In this document: positions 48,271-60,144 of the stretch, in pieces
Numbering within the stretch: the first letter of the stretch is position 1
How the letters are laid out: the number at the start of each line of letters is the position of its first letter
From: Minutocellus sp. GHC0000111
Lineage: Eukaryota
Reading direction: 5' to 3'
DNA length: 64,000 bases
Assembly (NCBI GenBank): GCA_977018835.1
Contig: OZ361256.1
Span: forward strand, 2,914,001 to 2,978,000
Program-made: the position numbers and the translations under genes
The notes under the pieces: generated by a model
The model's database searches: none
The model's input: the letters and a program-made list of their open reading frames with translations, nothing else
Told to the model about the DNA's origin: nothing

Positions 48271-50580
48271 TTGGTTCTAGCGCAAGAGGCGCTGGCGGGG
48301 TGGTGGATATTTACCCTGTGGTCATTGTCGTGGATGACAATGACGTTCCTGACATGGCGCACGGCCATGCAAGGGGACGTGGACGCGCACAGGCTGTGGG
48401 CGGAGGCTTTGCGTCGGACCGCACTCGCGTTTGTGTTCGGACGCGTCCTTCTGGCGGCCTACTCGTACGTGCTGTGGCTGGCGTGTGATTTCTCAATAGC
48501 CGACCACTCAACCCATATCACGATTGCCTATACCTATGCCATCGCAGGTACAGCACTGTTGGCGCTGTCGTATACGTTGGTTTTGGCATTGCCGCGTGCT
48601 CGACTGGTTCAGCTGCCGGGGAAAGTTGACGCGTGGTGCAAAATGACCTTGGATGAAATCTTCCGCCTGATTATACAACAGGGAAGGGATAAAGGAATGC
48701 CGCCTATGACATCAACGCCAGATGGATCCTTGAGAAGCATTGGCAGTGCAATCGATGGAAATGGGGGCGGTGGAGTTAATTCTCATCGAAGTTGTGCGCA
48801 GGGGGCGCCGAGGTGGAAGCTAAGCCCGAGGATCGCCGGGAACGGTGGCGTTCTGTTTCTCCTTTTGCTTATAGCCTATGGCTGGTCGTTGGATAGGGAT
48901 TGGCTCCCTATCAATTGGTGTCTTGCTTGCACCATTGTATTTCTGGTTTCTCTTGGTGGCACTTACGCTGCCGCGGAGGGAATTTATTCGTACCTCAAGG
49001 TTCGGTGGGGACTCGAGAGGTCAGGAAAAAGGGAAGAATTGGTTGTGGGCATTCAGGTCATCTCCAATCTTCTTCTCTCTTGCGTCTTACTTCGATATGT
49101 CGTATTCAGCTCCTGTTTCTCCTGCATTGCTCACTACATATCAAATGAACGTGAATTCGGCGATTCATTCTTCGACAAAGACAGCACGCATGGCCTTTGG
49201 CGGCTTGTTTTTGGGCCCTCTGAGGGAATGGATGCTGATCCTGCCAATGAACAATGCCACACTTGCTTGGCATGGGCAGTGCGAACGATGCTCGTTGTTA
49301 CGAAGCTGTTCAGAGACGGTGGAGGAAACGGTGTCACATCTGCTGACTCGTCCGCTAATGTGCAAACTCGCCACGACCTAATCCGGTGGCACAATGATTT
49401 TTCCGTCAGAGAATCAAAGAAGTGCTTGCAAAGCAGCAGGGGGCGCTTGGTGGAAACTCTAGCTCAAGATGGTCTGGTATCAAGTTCCGATCTCAGGAAC
49501 ATACTCAATGATCTCCTTTGTTCTCCTGCATCCAGAGTGGACAGCCCTGACCCGGCTCAGTTTTTGGCTTCTCTCGAGAATCCTCGCTTTACTGGAGAAG
49601 AGACGAATTTCGTCGGCACGGGTGGTCTGAACATGAGCGACCTTCAATCCATTATGAGAGGCGACATGCTGAAAGAGCTTGGCCCAAGTGTTTGCTTTAT
49701 GTTACGATTTTCTCTCTTCATCGAGGAAGACTCTGGTAGTGAGCGTGCACCAATCAGCTCTGTTCTTGACGCGGTGTCGTTGATGAGTGAGACTGACATG
49801 CGAGCGCAGGATGCGGTTTTTGATTTTCCAGGGACGGTCATTGCGGGTCTAGGTAAGTCCTTCCTTTTGCTGATAATTATCACACGCAAATACACCTTTT
49901 AGATCAGATTTCTCCTGACAAGTCTTTTTGCTCATTCGACCTTGGCCCTCCATTTATCATTGCAGACCCCGACTTTGACATTGACGCCAAGCAAATGGGG
50001 ACAATCAAGACCGCCGTCGACGTCTTCACTCAGCTTCCATTCGAAGACGAACCTTACCATTTCCCGACAAGGCAGCATTGTCTCGCTTTCTTCCGCTGGA
50101 CACTCGAAAATATTATCCAAGAAGACTGGCACTTCCCGCGCTGGCTTAACAGTGTGAACGGAGGCGATGATTGCAGGTTGTTGCTCTCAGAGCAAAAGAA
50201 GCTTTCTCCCAGTTTGACTACGTTTGAGGACCCACAGAGTGATGCTGCTCTCGGCGATCGATCTTTTTACGGAACCGGCCAAAGGTGCATGACCGCCATG
50301 AAGGTCCCTGGTGATGTCGACTATCCTTTTTCTTTTCCCGGCAATGCAAATTGTTACATCACGCGAAATCACACCGAGTTTTACCGACATGCCAACAAAC
50401 CTACATCGGAGGATCTCCTCAAGATGATCGAACGATTTTGGTCGGACAAGAGGCGCAGAAATGTTTTCAAGAAGAAGGGCAATCAAAGCATGGGATGGAG
50501 CTGCCGGACCGACGGGAGCGGCGACATGCTGGCGCATCAGCTGCGGTGGCAGCAGCAGCAGCAACAGCCATTTGCATTAA
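48271..50580 (+). CDS. Uncharacterised membrane protein (DUF2306-like TM N-terminus) with a soluble C-terminal region; both ends uncertain
   Basis: TM helices with GDVDAHRLW, intron donor gtaagt at ~49853, and a continuing coding-like frame from 49995. Confidence 0.5.
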
Positions 50581-52161
50581 CATGGTGTTGGATGCAGTGT
50601 TTTGTGGCAGTAGAGCAACAGTTTGCATGTCGGGTGGGTTGGAAATGAGGAAGGTTTCATTGAGTGGCGGGCGCGCCGGGCGGGTGATGATTTTTTTGGC
50701 CCGCTCGATTTTGGCGCGGGGTCACCCGGACCGCATGATGAGACACGCCATTGTGGGGACCATGGAGACCGATGTCGGAGCTCAAACCACATGGCTGCTT
50801 GAATCAATGCATTTGGGAGGTGGTGGTGGGGTCGGGAGGTGGAGGAGGTGACCAGTTGTCATCGGAAAAAATGGCAGAAGTCGGGAGGGGCGATGGATGG
50901 GGTGAATCGGCCAGACACTGGCATGGGAAGATGAAATCGACATCTCCGAGTCGGTCCAAGGTCAAGGACCAACCCGTTCTGGAGACACCACGCTTGTCCC
51001 TTGCGTGAAGCGGATGCCGTCGGCACTGCCGTCGTCACCGCCATCTTGAAGACAGGACGACAGCAAACAAATGCTGCTTGCTGCGTGCGTTTGTGCTGAT
51101 TTTTATGAGATTTTGCCCAAAGACCCGAAAACCGGGTCCCTGAAACTGCTGTCCGCGACCTCGCACACAAGCTAAATTTGTAGCTGAGGGCTCGGGCACC
51201 TCGAGCCAACTTTCGGTGTTGCAGATGTCGACGTCATGAAAGACATTGGTTTCTGTGTCGCTGCGTCATTCCGAAAGCAGATTCACCTCAAGACCGCGCA
51301 TCTTTTTTTGTGAGAGTCCCGCCGCGGTGTCGAAGGAACACTTCAGCACAGGGCCCTCACTACACGTTGGGTTGGATGAGCACGAGGGGAACGGAGATCA
51401 ACCCACACCCCTTCGCGTCTCTGGCACCCACAAGCTGCACCAGCTCCGAATTGATTGATTGGTTGCACGATTTTCGATCCGATCCGATCGCATCTTTTTT
51501 TCCCTTGAGCGCATTTGACATGCGTGGTGGCAGGCCGTGTTTCTTGTGGAAACATCTTCAAAGCGCGAACTCCGGTGGTGACGTGGTGACGCGGTGACGC
51601 GAATTCATTTTCGGGACGGACTGCTGGAACGCTTTTCTTCACACAATTTGCTTTGGGATTGACCAAGCAGGAGTTTGCTTCCTCAATCTCGACCTAGTCG
51701 TAGCGGTTCCGTGTGTTTTTGGAACAAACCGGCACATCTCGTGCCACGAAATTTTCGCGCGGCGCGGACGTGAGTGACGCACAAAACTCGAATTAGTCAA
51801 GGCTCGGCGGCATCACTAATCCAAGGCACCTTTGAGGACAGGATTTCCATCGCTTTGCGCGGGCAAAAGGGAGCTTAGATGACCGTGCTGTGTTGTGTTT
51901 CGTCCTAGCCGGGCATGTCGCACGCGCACGGCAACACAAAGCCAAACCAGTTACACCGCGCCGCGCGGGAATTCTTCTGTCGGGCGGGCCTGCCTGCTGC
52001 TGACGCGGTTGTCGTCTCTAGAGGATCGCAAGTGCTCCAGATCAGACACCTACTTGTTGGGAATGTGTCCTTGAATCTGATCTTGGAGATTCTTTGAGGG
52101 TTGATTTGTGAATCCATGTCTATCTTGGAAAAGAAGCCCCAACTCAGAAACGAATCGAATC

Positions 52162-54860
52162 ATGAGCAGCAGCAACAGTGCCGCGAACAACAGTCCGGCA
52201 GGATCCGACCAGGCCTACCTGGACATCATCAACGCGGCCGTTTCCGCCGCCACGAGCGCCGGGGCCGCCCCTCCGCCCGCCGCCAACACCAACCTGGCCG
52301 ACATGCAGCGGCGGTTGTCGTCCGATCTGGTCAGTGGCGGCAGCGGCAATGGCAACAATAACGGTGGCAACAATAGCAATAACGGAGCCGTCGCGGCCGC
52401 CGGAGCCACCGCCGGGCTGCAGCCGCAGCCCCGCTCGTCGTCCGTCGAGAGCTACCCCCTCAGCGCCGGGTCGAGCGCCAGTCCGATGATGGAGCCGGAC
52501 TTCTACGGCACCCTCAACGACGAGGACGAGGACGGTGCCGACGCCAAGCCCGCGGCGGCAGCAGCAGCTGCGCCCGACGGGGAGGTGGGGTGCGTCCGGC
52601 GCCGGATCGCCCGGCCCGACCAGCGGGTGCAGCGGGCCTGATCCCTCGGCGACATCGGCTTCGGCCCCGACCAGATGCAGCAGATGGGCGTAATGGGCGG
52701 GGGCACTGGCATGCCCCTGCCCCTGAGCGGATCGGCCAGCGTCGACGGGGCCATGGCGTTCCCAAGCATGGACTTTGGCACCCAAGGCGGCGGCGGCGGT
52801 GATCCCTTCGGACCGCCCCTCGGACCACCTCCGCCCCCCAACGCTTTGCCTCCGGGCAACATCGACGTCAAGCGTGTCGGCATTCCACGGGAGATTTGGA
52901 CATTGATTCCGACTTGGACGATTACGACATATTGGATCTGGCCCCCGCCTACGTCGGTTCCACCTCCGCGTCCATGTCACCGGACCTCTTTGGCATTAAC
53001 GCGTCCCAGTCCGGTGCCGCCACACCGTCGTCCGTGGCGTCCACCTCAGGCACAGCAGGCGGTTCCAACCAACCGTCGTGCCCAGCGCCGTCCCTCCGGC
53101 GACCCGACGACCAAGAAGCTCAGCAAGACCGTCCGAAAACGTGGATCGACCCTCAAGAAGTCGGGAAGCAACAACTCCCTCTCCAGCCTCGACGGGGCCG
53201 TGGCCCGTCTCGACGTCAGCACCGAGACCGGCAGCGTCGGCAGCCTCGATTCGCCCGTCGGGGCCGGGGCCGCCTCCTCGGCCAAGAAGACCGTCAAGGA
53301 CAAGAAGCCCGGAGCTGGAAGAAGCCCAAGGACAAGCCCAAGCGGCCTCTGTCGGCGTACAACCTGTGAGTGTGGTGTGGGTTGGGTTGGCTTGGGTTAG
53401 GGCTGTCTTTCTAGATTGCATCTGTTGGTTCCCATGCCTTACCTTGCACTTCTGTCGTCTCATTCAATTCCGTTCCTTTCCCTTTTCCGTTTCCATGTTG
53501 CAGATTCTTCCAGCACGAGCGGGCCCGCATCGTCAACGGCGGGGACGACGCCGCCGCCGATGGTGGTGCCGCTGCAGCCGCCGCCCCGGCTCCCGAGGAA
53601 CCGACGGACTCCGCCGGCGGCAGGAAGAAGCGCCGCCACCGCACGGCCCACGGGAAGATCGGCTTCGCCGCCCTGGCCAAGACCATCGCCGCCGGGTGGA
53701 AGACCCTCCCGGACGCCGAGCGGGCCGTCTTCGAGCAGCGGGCCGGGGTGGAGAAGGAACGGTACAAGCGCGAGATGGAGGTCTGGAACAAGGCGCAGAA
53801 GGAAAAAAGGGTGGCCGAGCAGCGCGAGCAGCTCAAGCAGTACCAGGAGGAGCGGCTGCGGCAGGAGGTGCTGGCCAAGCAGCAGCAGCAGATGAAGGTG
53901 CAGCAGATGATGGCCGCCCAGAGGCAGCAGCTGCAGAATTCCATGCGGGCCCAGGGCCATCCGATGCCTCATGATCAGATGATGGGCGGAGGCGGCGGCG
54001 GCGGAGGGGGCGGGATGGACCAAGTCCAGTCCAACCCGCAGATGCAGCAGCAAATGATGATGATGCAGCAGCAGCAGCAAATGGGCGACTCCATGTCCAG
54101 CCTCGGCGGGTCCAACTCCAACTTCGGCGGTGGATTCGGCCAGCAGCAAATGCAGATGCAGCCCCAGGCAGTTGGTTCAATGGGCGGCAATACGCTTCAG
54201 CAGCAGCAGCAGCAGAACAACGACATGAATCTTCAGAACATGAACATGAACCAAATGAGTATGATGAGCAGCAACATGCTAATGAACAACATGGGTGGCG
54301 GGCAGGCACCCCAGCAGCCTCAGCAACAACCGCAGTCAAGTCAAGATGAAATCCAGATGCAGCAGGCAGCCAAACTAAAGCAGATCCAGCAGGCCCAGCA
54401 GATCCTTCAAATGCAGGCCATGGCTATCAAGCGGCAGCAGCAAGTGCAAGGCGGAGATGGCGGTGGTGGTCAAAATGCTCGTCATGTTCCCGACAATCCC
54501 GAGTTTTACCAAGGCCTAATGAACAATTTCCAAGGTGCCGGCAGCGGGGGTCATCCACAGGCCCAGCAGCAGGCAGACCAAGGCGGAATGGGCAACGCCG
54601 CTATGCAGCAGATGGAAATGATGTCTCAGATGGGAAATTCCTCCTTCAACTCACTCGGTGGCGGAGATATTTCCAATGCCAATCAGCAGCAAATGCAACA
54701 GCAAATTATGCAGCAGCAAATGATGCAGCAGCAGCAGCAGCAACAGCAGCAGGCCCTCAGTCAATTTGGATATTTGTCTCTATGTTATCCATCCTCCGGG
54801 GAAATCTTTCATCTTCGTAGTGTCTGCATGTCGTTGGGTTCGTTACTTTTCGTCAACTAA
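52162..54860 (+). CDS. HMG-box transcription factor with a Gln/Met-rich C-terminus; frameshifts in the GC-rich 5' part
   Basis: WKKPKDKPKRPLSAYNL|FFQHERARI...HGKIGFAALAKTIAAGWK...EKERYKREMEVW; intron 53366-53503. Confidence 0.88.
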
Positions 54861-54935
54861 AGATCTTTTCATAAGAAAATCGTACGTCTTAAAAATTATA
54901 ATTTTGAATGTCATTTACAAGTTTCTCAAGATGAG

Positions 54936-55805
54936 CTACACGCTGGTGAAGTTCAATACTGTAGGTTTCCGCATCCGGGCTTCTTTTGCATATCTCTCGA
55001 GCTCTTCCAGGAACATTTGTTTTGGCGCTGCTCTGGACCGCGTTTGGCGAATAATTTCCAACGCTCGTGCTGCACTCGTCTTTTTATGTCTGATCAGAAA
55101 AGCGGAGAGTATCGCAACACTGCGGGATAAGCCCTGATGGCAATGCACCAGGACCTTACCGCCGTCTTGTATTGCGCTGTTGATAAAATCATACGAAGAG
55201 TCAAAGTAATCGTAAATAGATTGTACGCCCGGCCCGGCACTTCCAACAAAGAGATAAGGCTGACCTTCAATAGGAATCGGCCTGCCTCCATTGTGACCGT
55301 ATTCTAGCTTGTACATGATGTTCAGTGCCGACATGAATTGCCGTGTGTGACTTTTCGACCTCCACGAGGCAAAGTATTGGGTGGTGATGGCATTGCGCAG
55401 CTCGTCGTAGGTGGTGTTGGCCAGCGGTCCGGTGGGATCAGGCCAGTGTCCCAACCGCTCGGCATTTTGCATCGCACGAAGTGAGTCCTCTAGGCTCTCC
55501 CAGCCGGGTTCCTCTTCCGCACCTGGCATGTACTCGTCGGCGAGGGCTCGGACAAGGTCGGTATACTTTGTGTTGGGTGAAAGTTCTTTGGTCGTTGGGT
55601 CCAGAATGACAGATGATGGAGTTGCCTGTTCATCGGATTCAATAGATGCAAGCCGTCGCTCGGCGGTTTGTCTCTGGTGTGAATCTGTAACTAGAAGATT
55701 CGCCGGCAATGATGAGGGAGTGTCGAAGCCGACGCAAAGCAGAAGCAGCGCCACCGTCAGAGCTGCTGCCGAGAGCACAAGAAAACTGACACATGATGCG
55801 CTCAT
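54936..55805 (-). CDS. Dual-specificity protein phosphatase with an N-terminal signal/anchor
   Basis: GGKVLVHCHQGLSRSVAILSAFLI (HCx5R), ALEIIRQTR..AAPKQMFLEEL, hydrophobic N-terminus. Confidence 0.85.
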   Translation of the reverse strand: MSASCVSFLVLSAAALTVALLLLCVGFDTPSSLPANLLVTDSHQRQTAERRLASIESDEQATPSSVILDPTTKELSPNTKYTDLVRALADEYMPGAEEEPGWESLEDSLRAMQNAERLGHWPDPTGPLANTTYDELRNAITTQYFASWRSKSHTRQFMSALNIMYKLEYGHNGGRPIPIEGQPYLFVGSAGPGVQSIYDYFDSSYDFINSAIQDGGKVLVHCHQGLSRSVAILSAFLIRHKKTSAARALEIIRQTRSRAAPKQMFLEELERYAKEARMRKPTVLNFTSV

Positions 55806-56022
55806 GGTTAATATTCTAATATGGGCAACTACTCATGAAAACTGGCTGCTATCGAGCTGGAAGATACATATGTACGACAAGGGGGCGGACGAGATTCGAT
55901 GATTCGTGAGGGTTGTTTGCGGCAGTTGGGTGGCATCCAAGCCAAATAGTTCGAGCTGTCGGGCGCGCAACCGCAAATGACGCGACGAAGGCCAGACGAG
56001 AAAAAAAATTGATTTCCACTTC

Positions 56023-57245
56023 CTATTCCCAAGAATTACGAAAATCGATGTCTACACATGTAGATGTATTACATGTAACGACCTTATTAACGGCCTTACA
56101 TGTAAGTGCTTTGGGACAGCCTGAAACCTTCTCCACAAGCATGTCTTGCCATATTTGCACAACGCTTCCTCCTTCCGCCAATTTCTCTGGAGCAGGCGTC
56201 TGATTGGCGAAGCCAGCAGCAGGCTCAAGATGGTTGACAAAGAGGGACATCCACCCCAGCCCATTTGAGCAATTGAACATCTACATTGTACAGATTGCAG
56301 ATGAGTTTGATAGACTCGGTATCAAGGTCATTCACTTTCAATGTTGTGAGTTGATGTTTTGTCTGCGTTGACAAGACTTCACTGTTGATCGACCAATCAA
56401 AGTAGCTTCTGTCTGTACCGTTGCGATAATTGAACAATGGATCTCCTCCAAGCTCGTGGATTAACTGCTTAATCAACTCAAAAGGTAGAAGGACCAAAGG
56501 GATGACTTCCTTAGAGTCTGGTCTTCGCAGTACATTGGCAAATATAGTGTGCGCCTGGGTCGCCCAGTGTTTGTTTTGCAAGAACTTCTTCTGCCCACTC
56601 AGTGCTCTGATAAGCAATTTGCGGCACAATTTAAAACCACGGTATTGTTGCTATCTCCCTTGAAGCATTGATCTATGAGCCCCTTTTCTTCTCTTGCCAC
56701 TTCCTTCACCACACTCACGAACCTAGCGACAGGATCGCGAACAGTGGCAACTATGGCATGACGACGGTCATTCGTTCCGGCCATAATTGCATCGTCCCAT
56801 GTTTTCATCGAAGGATCATCAGTCCGGGATCTTTGGCCCCATGTCCAAACGTCGCCTGTTGCTTGTAATCGCTGTCGTAGGTCACCGACCGTATCCATCA
56901 TCGTAGACCCGCCGCATTTCAGTAAATGAAGCATTGTCAAGCGATTCAGTTTTGTTGGCCACGTTCCAAGGACAGCCTTTCCGCCGTCCTCGGGCTTGGC
57001 ATAAGCAGGCCTTTCCCCGTCGGTCGCCTTCTCTGTTCATCCCACAAGGTAACTTGGATTGGATCCCAATGTGCAGAAATTCCTTCAAAATTCACATTGC
57101 CAAACTTGGGCGTCGCTAACCCATGTGTCTGATAAAACTGGCGTATAGGGAAAATTGATATGTTCGGAAATGCAGTGGAAGATGGTACAAATTGCGCATC
57201 AGAGGGAACAGGGAAAGACGACTTTTGCTCTTGGACTGCTGCCAT
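56023..57245 (-). pseudogene. Sulfotransferase-family-like domain, broken into several frames
   Basis: LHLLKCGGSTM (5'-PSB-like), ATVRDPVARFVS (3'-PB-like) and HWATQ, interrupted by a stop and frameshifts. Confidence 0.6.
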
Positions 57246-57286
57246 AACACTATCCAGTAGATATCGTAGAGCTCTGCCGGCGTCTT

Positions 57287-58716
57287 CTACCTTCGATTCA
57301 TCATGCCCGGCATTACGTACGATAACGCTTTTTTGTTATCATCCAACTTTTTCGCATTGTAAAATTGACCACCCGAACGACAGCCTGGAGAAGCATCGCA
57401 AAGCATTTCCATTTGATCCTGGTCTCTCGGAACCCAAAGTGACGGTCTGAGCCACATGTGTGAGTTGGCAACCCACTTATGAAATCTTTCAAACAAATTT
57501 TCCATATCATCTTCCGTCCACTCGCAAACCTCTTTCCAATCTTTGACTATGATGATGGGCACGTGTGCATCTATGTACATGGCGTCCAGTGGCGATGAAA
57601 GTACAATAGGAACCGTGCCAAAGAAAAGGTATTCCCAAACGCGAAATGTGTATCGTAGCCCACACCTACGGGCGCTATTGCAAATTGGTGGGAGGCATGC
57701 AACGGCCATATTTCCAGTGACCCTCCTTTTGGCATTATTCGGATTCTTCCATCGGGACATTTCTCCAAGGCCATCCTTGCCGCTTTCCTGCCCTTATCAC
57801 GCCTAGCACTAACCCCTAGTGTCCCGACATCATATAGAATAGAACGATTTCTCTCAGCAAAAGGTTTTGCGGAAAGGCGGAGCTTGTCCATGGCTTTAAT
57901 CGTGAATTCGCTATCGGGCGAACCAGGAAAGCCCCTTTGAATCGGCAGTCCAATTGGAACTGGGAACAGCTTGGTGTGGTCTTGAGCAACAACGTTGGTG
58001 CTATACCAGGCCTTGATTTGTTCTGATCGGAATATTTTCTCGGGAATTTCATGAGGTAGAGCACGTGGAACGTCCCAGTCTTCGTCAGTCGTGATGATGG
58101 TAATATTTCCATTCCCACATCTCGTGTTTGGTAGTATTTTGGCGACCCACTCTCTCAAGTCCCAAAGTCGAACCCAAATGATTCCACACTGATTTGGGGT
58201 GAAATAATTATTGAAATCGACCCTCGACAAGGGTCGTGCAACTGTTCCTTTTGCATTGTAGTAGGTAATCGGCCTCTTTTTGTGCGGCAAAGCAATGTTG
58301 TAGAAACCCCGATTCCAAAGGACGTCGAGCTTAGGAGTCATTTCATTGCATGGATGTGCGGATGTTAGCCACGGCTTCCAATCCCGGGCGTGGATTAATT
58401 TCCATTTCGCAGGAGCACTGTTTGCAATTGGTACCTTCCGTGTAGTGACACTGCCAGCGCCAATCGCTAATGATTCTTTGCGAACAATTGTTTCATTGAA
58501 ATAACCTGAGGCTGTTGGCCCTGGGTCCCCTTGACAATAGATCCATGGAGCTACCCGCAGCGTCGCATTGTGCAGCCTTTTCACATCGCGATGGAAAGCC
58601 ACGTGTTCGCAATCGGCCTCTCCATCAAGACCCTTGCCGTCATGCCTTGCTCCTCGGATCGCATTCATTCGGTGTACATCCCGAGCATCATAAAGGCTGA
58701 GTCCACGTCGAGCCAT
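57287..58716 (-). CDS. Exostosin/GT47-like glycosyltransferase domain (frameshift near 57650)
   Basis: IITTDED, AWYSTN, KLFPVPIGL, HQFAIAPVGVGYDT (shift) FRVWEYLFFGTVPIVLSSPLD..Y...PIIIVKDW. Confidence 0.7.
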
Positions 58717-58791
58717 TCTCCTGGGCGGAAAACTTGATCCATGTCCTTCGAATTCTTCACACGGTTTTGGCCCTTTCTTGGCCCAAACATG

Positions 58792-59463
58792 TTATGTGGC
58801 ATCCATTGAGGGGGTGTCGAAAGGCCCACAAATCCCAACACGGTTCAAAAAGGAAAAAGACGGCGTCCCAATTCTTCTTGTTGGAGGAACTGCGAAAAAC
58901 AGCCTCTCGAATGCATTGACGTCGTGTCCCAGGCTCATGTCCCGTCCGCCGCAGACACCATCCATGTCCGTCAAAATGACACAGTCACAGTCAGCTAGTT
59001 CTTCCTCGATGTAATCCAAAACTTTGTTTCGTGCCTTAGCTATTCGCTCGGTCCGACCGCCCTGTGCTTGGCCCTTTTCAAGGAGCAACGTTGCCCGGCT
59101 ATGGTTCCCAAGGAGCTCCTTCAGTGCCGCCCGAGTGTCGTCTGTCGAGTCGTTCTCGTAGAAAACGCAATGCGTCTCATGTCCAAGCGCATCGCCGAGG
59201 GCTTGGACCTTGGGGATGTGGGCGCGCAGATGATCACCTCCGACGTTGCGCATCACCCCGGAAATGACAATGCGTCGGGGCCTTCTCGTTTTGCGTGCAT
59301 TGCCGTGAAATGAAGAATGTTCAACAAACGAGCCCAAAAGATCGTGCAGAGCCTCACCGCCCGAGTTTGCCATCGAGCCGTAGATCATTAGAAACAAATT
59401 GCTGCATGTGGTCATCACAATGGCTAGACCCATGACCCGGATGAGAAGTAGTGGACCTTTCAT
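58792..59463 (-). pseudogene. Type II membrane CAP59/GT-A-like glycosyltransferase domain, partly TpA-mutated; probably the 5' part of the same multidomain gene as 57287-58716
   Basis: TM anchor after ATG 59463; VISGVMRNV, VFYENDSTDDT, RTERIAKARNKVL, DCDCVILTDMDG. Confidence 0.6.
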
Positions 59464-59488
59464 GTGTTGTTTGTGAACGGTCCGACCA

Positions 59489-59675
<187 letters not shown>

Positions 59676-59828
59676 GACGAGCCAAAGCTGAGGGATGCAC
59701 TCTTATGAGGAGGACATGCGGGGTGGAAAAAATTCAAGTCGACAATAAACGCGAGCAGTGTTGCAATTGCTGCTTATCGCTGCTTCGTTCGGCCGGTCGT
59801 TCACGGTTCGCGGCAACAGCACAGAGGC

Positions 59829-59848
59829 GAGAGAGAGAGAGAGAGAGA
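59829..59848. repeat. (GA)10 microsatellite
   Basis: Read directly from the sequence. Confidence 0.95.
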
Positions 59849-60144
59849 GGCGAGGGAGAGTCGCTCTTCGCGCGCTCGCTTTGACGATCGAGACTCACTC
59901 CTTTTTCGAATGCTTTTGCACTCCTCCAAACTAATAAATAGACAAAGTCTGTCAGCTTTTTGGAAATATGAGGAGTGTCTACTGGGAGGGTAGTCGGCCG
60001 AGAGTCAGTCGAGGCAATTGGTCGAGGGGTCTGTTTTACTTTCCGATGTGAGCACCTGAGACATGGTGGTTGACCGACCATAAGCTGTCTTGCATTGCTT
60101 AGCCAACTGAGATTAGATGTTCCCGTCGCGAAAGAAGGCCACAG

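Noticed and set aside
52162..54860. HMG-box gene as a sex/mating-type determinant in a degenerating region
   Set aside because: It looks like a member of the common diatom HMG-box family, and nothing in the sequence links it to mating type.
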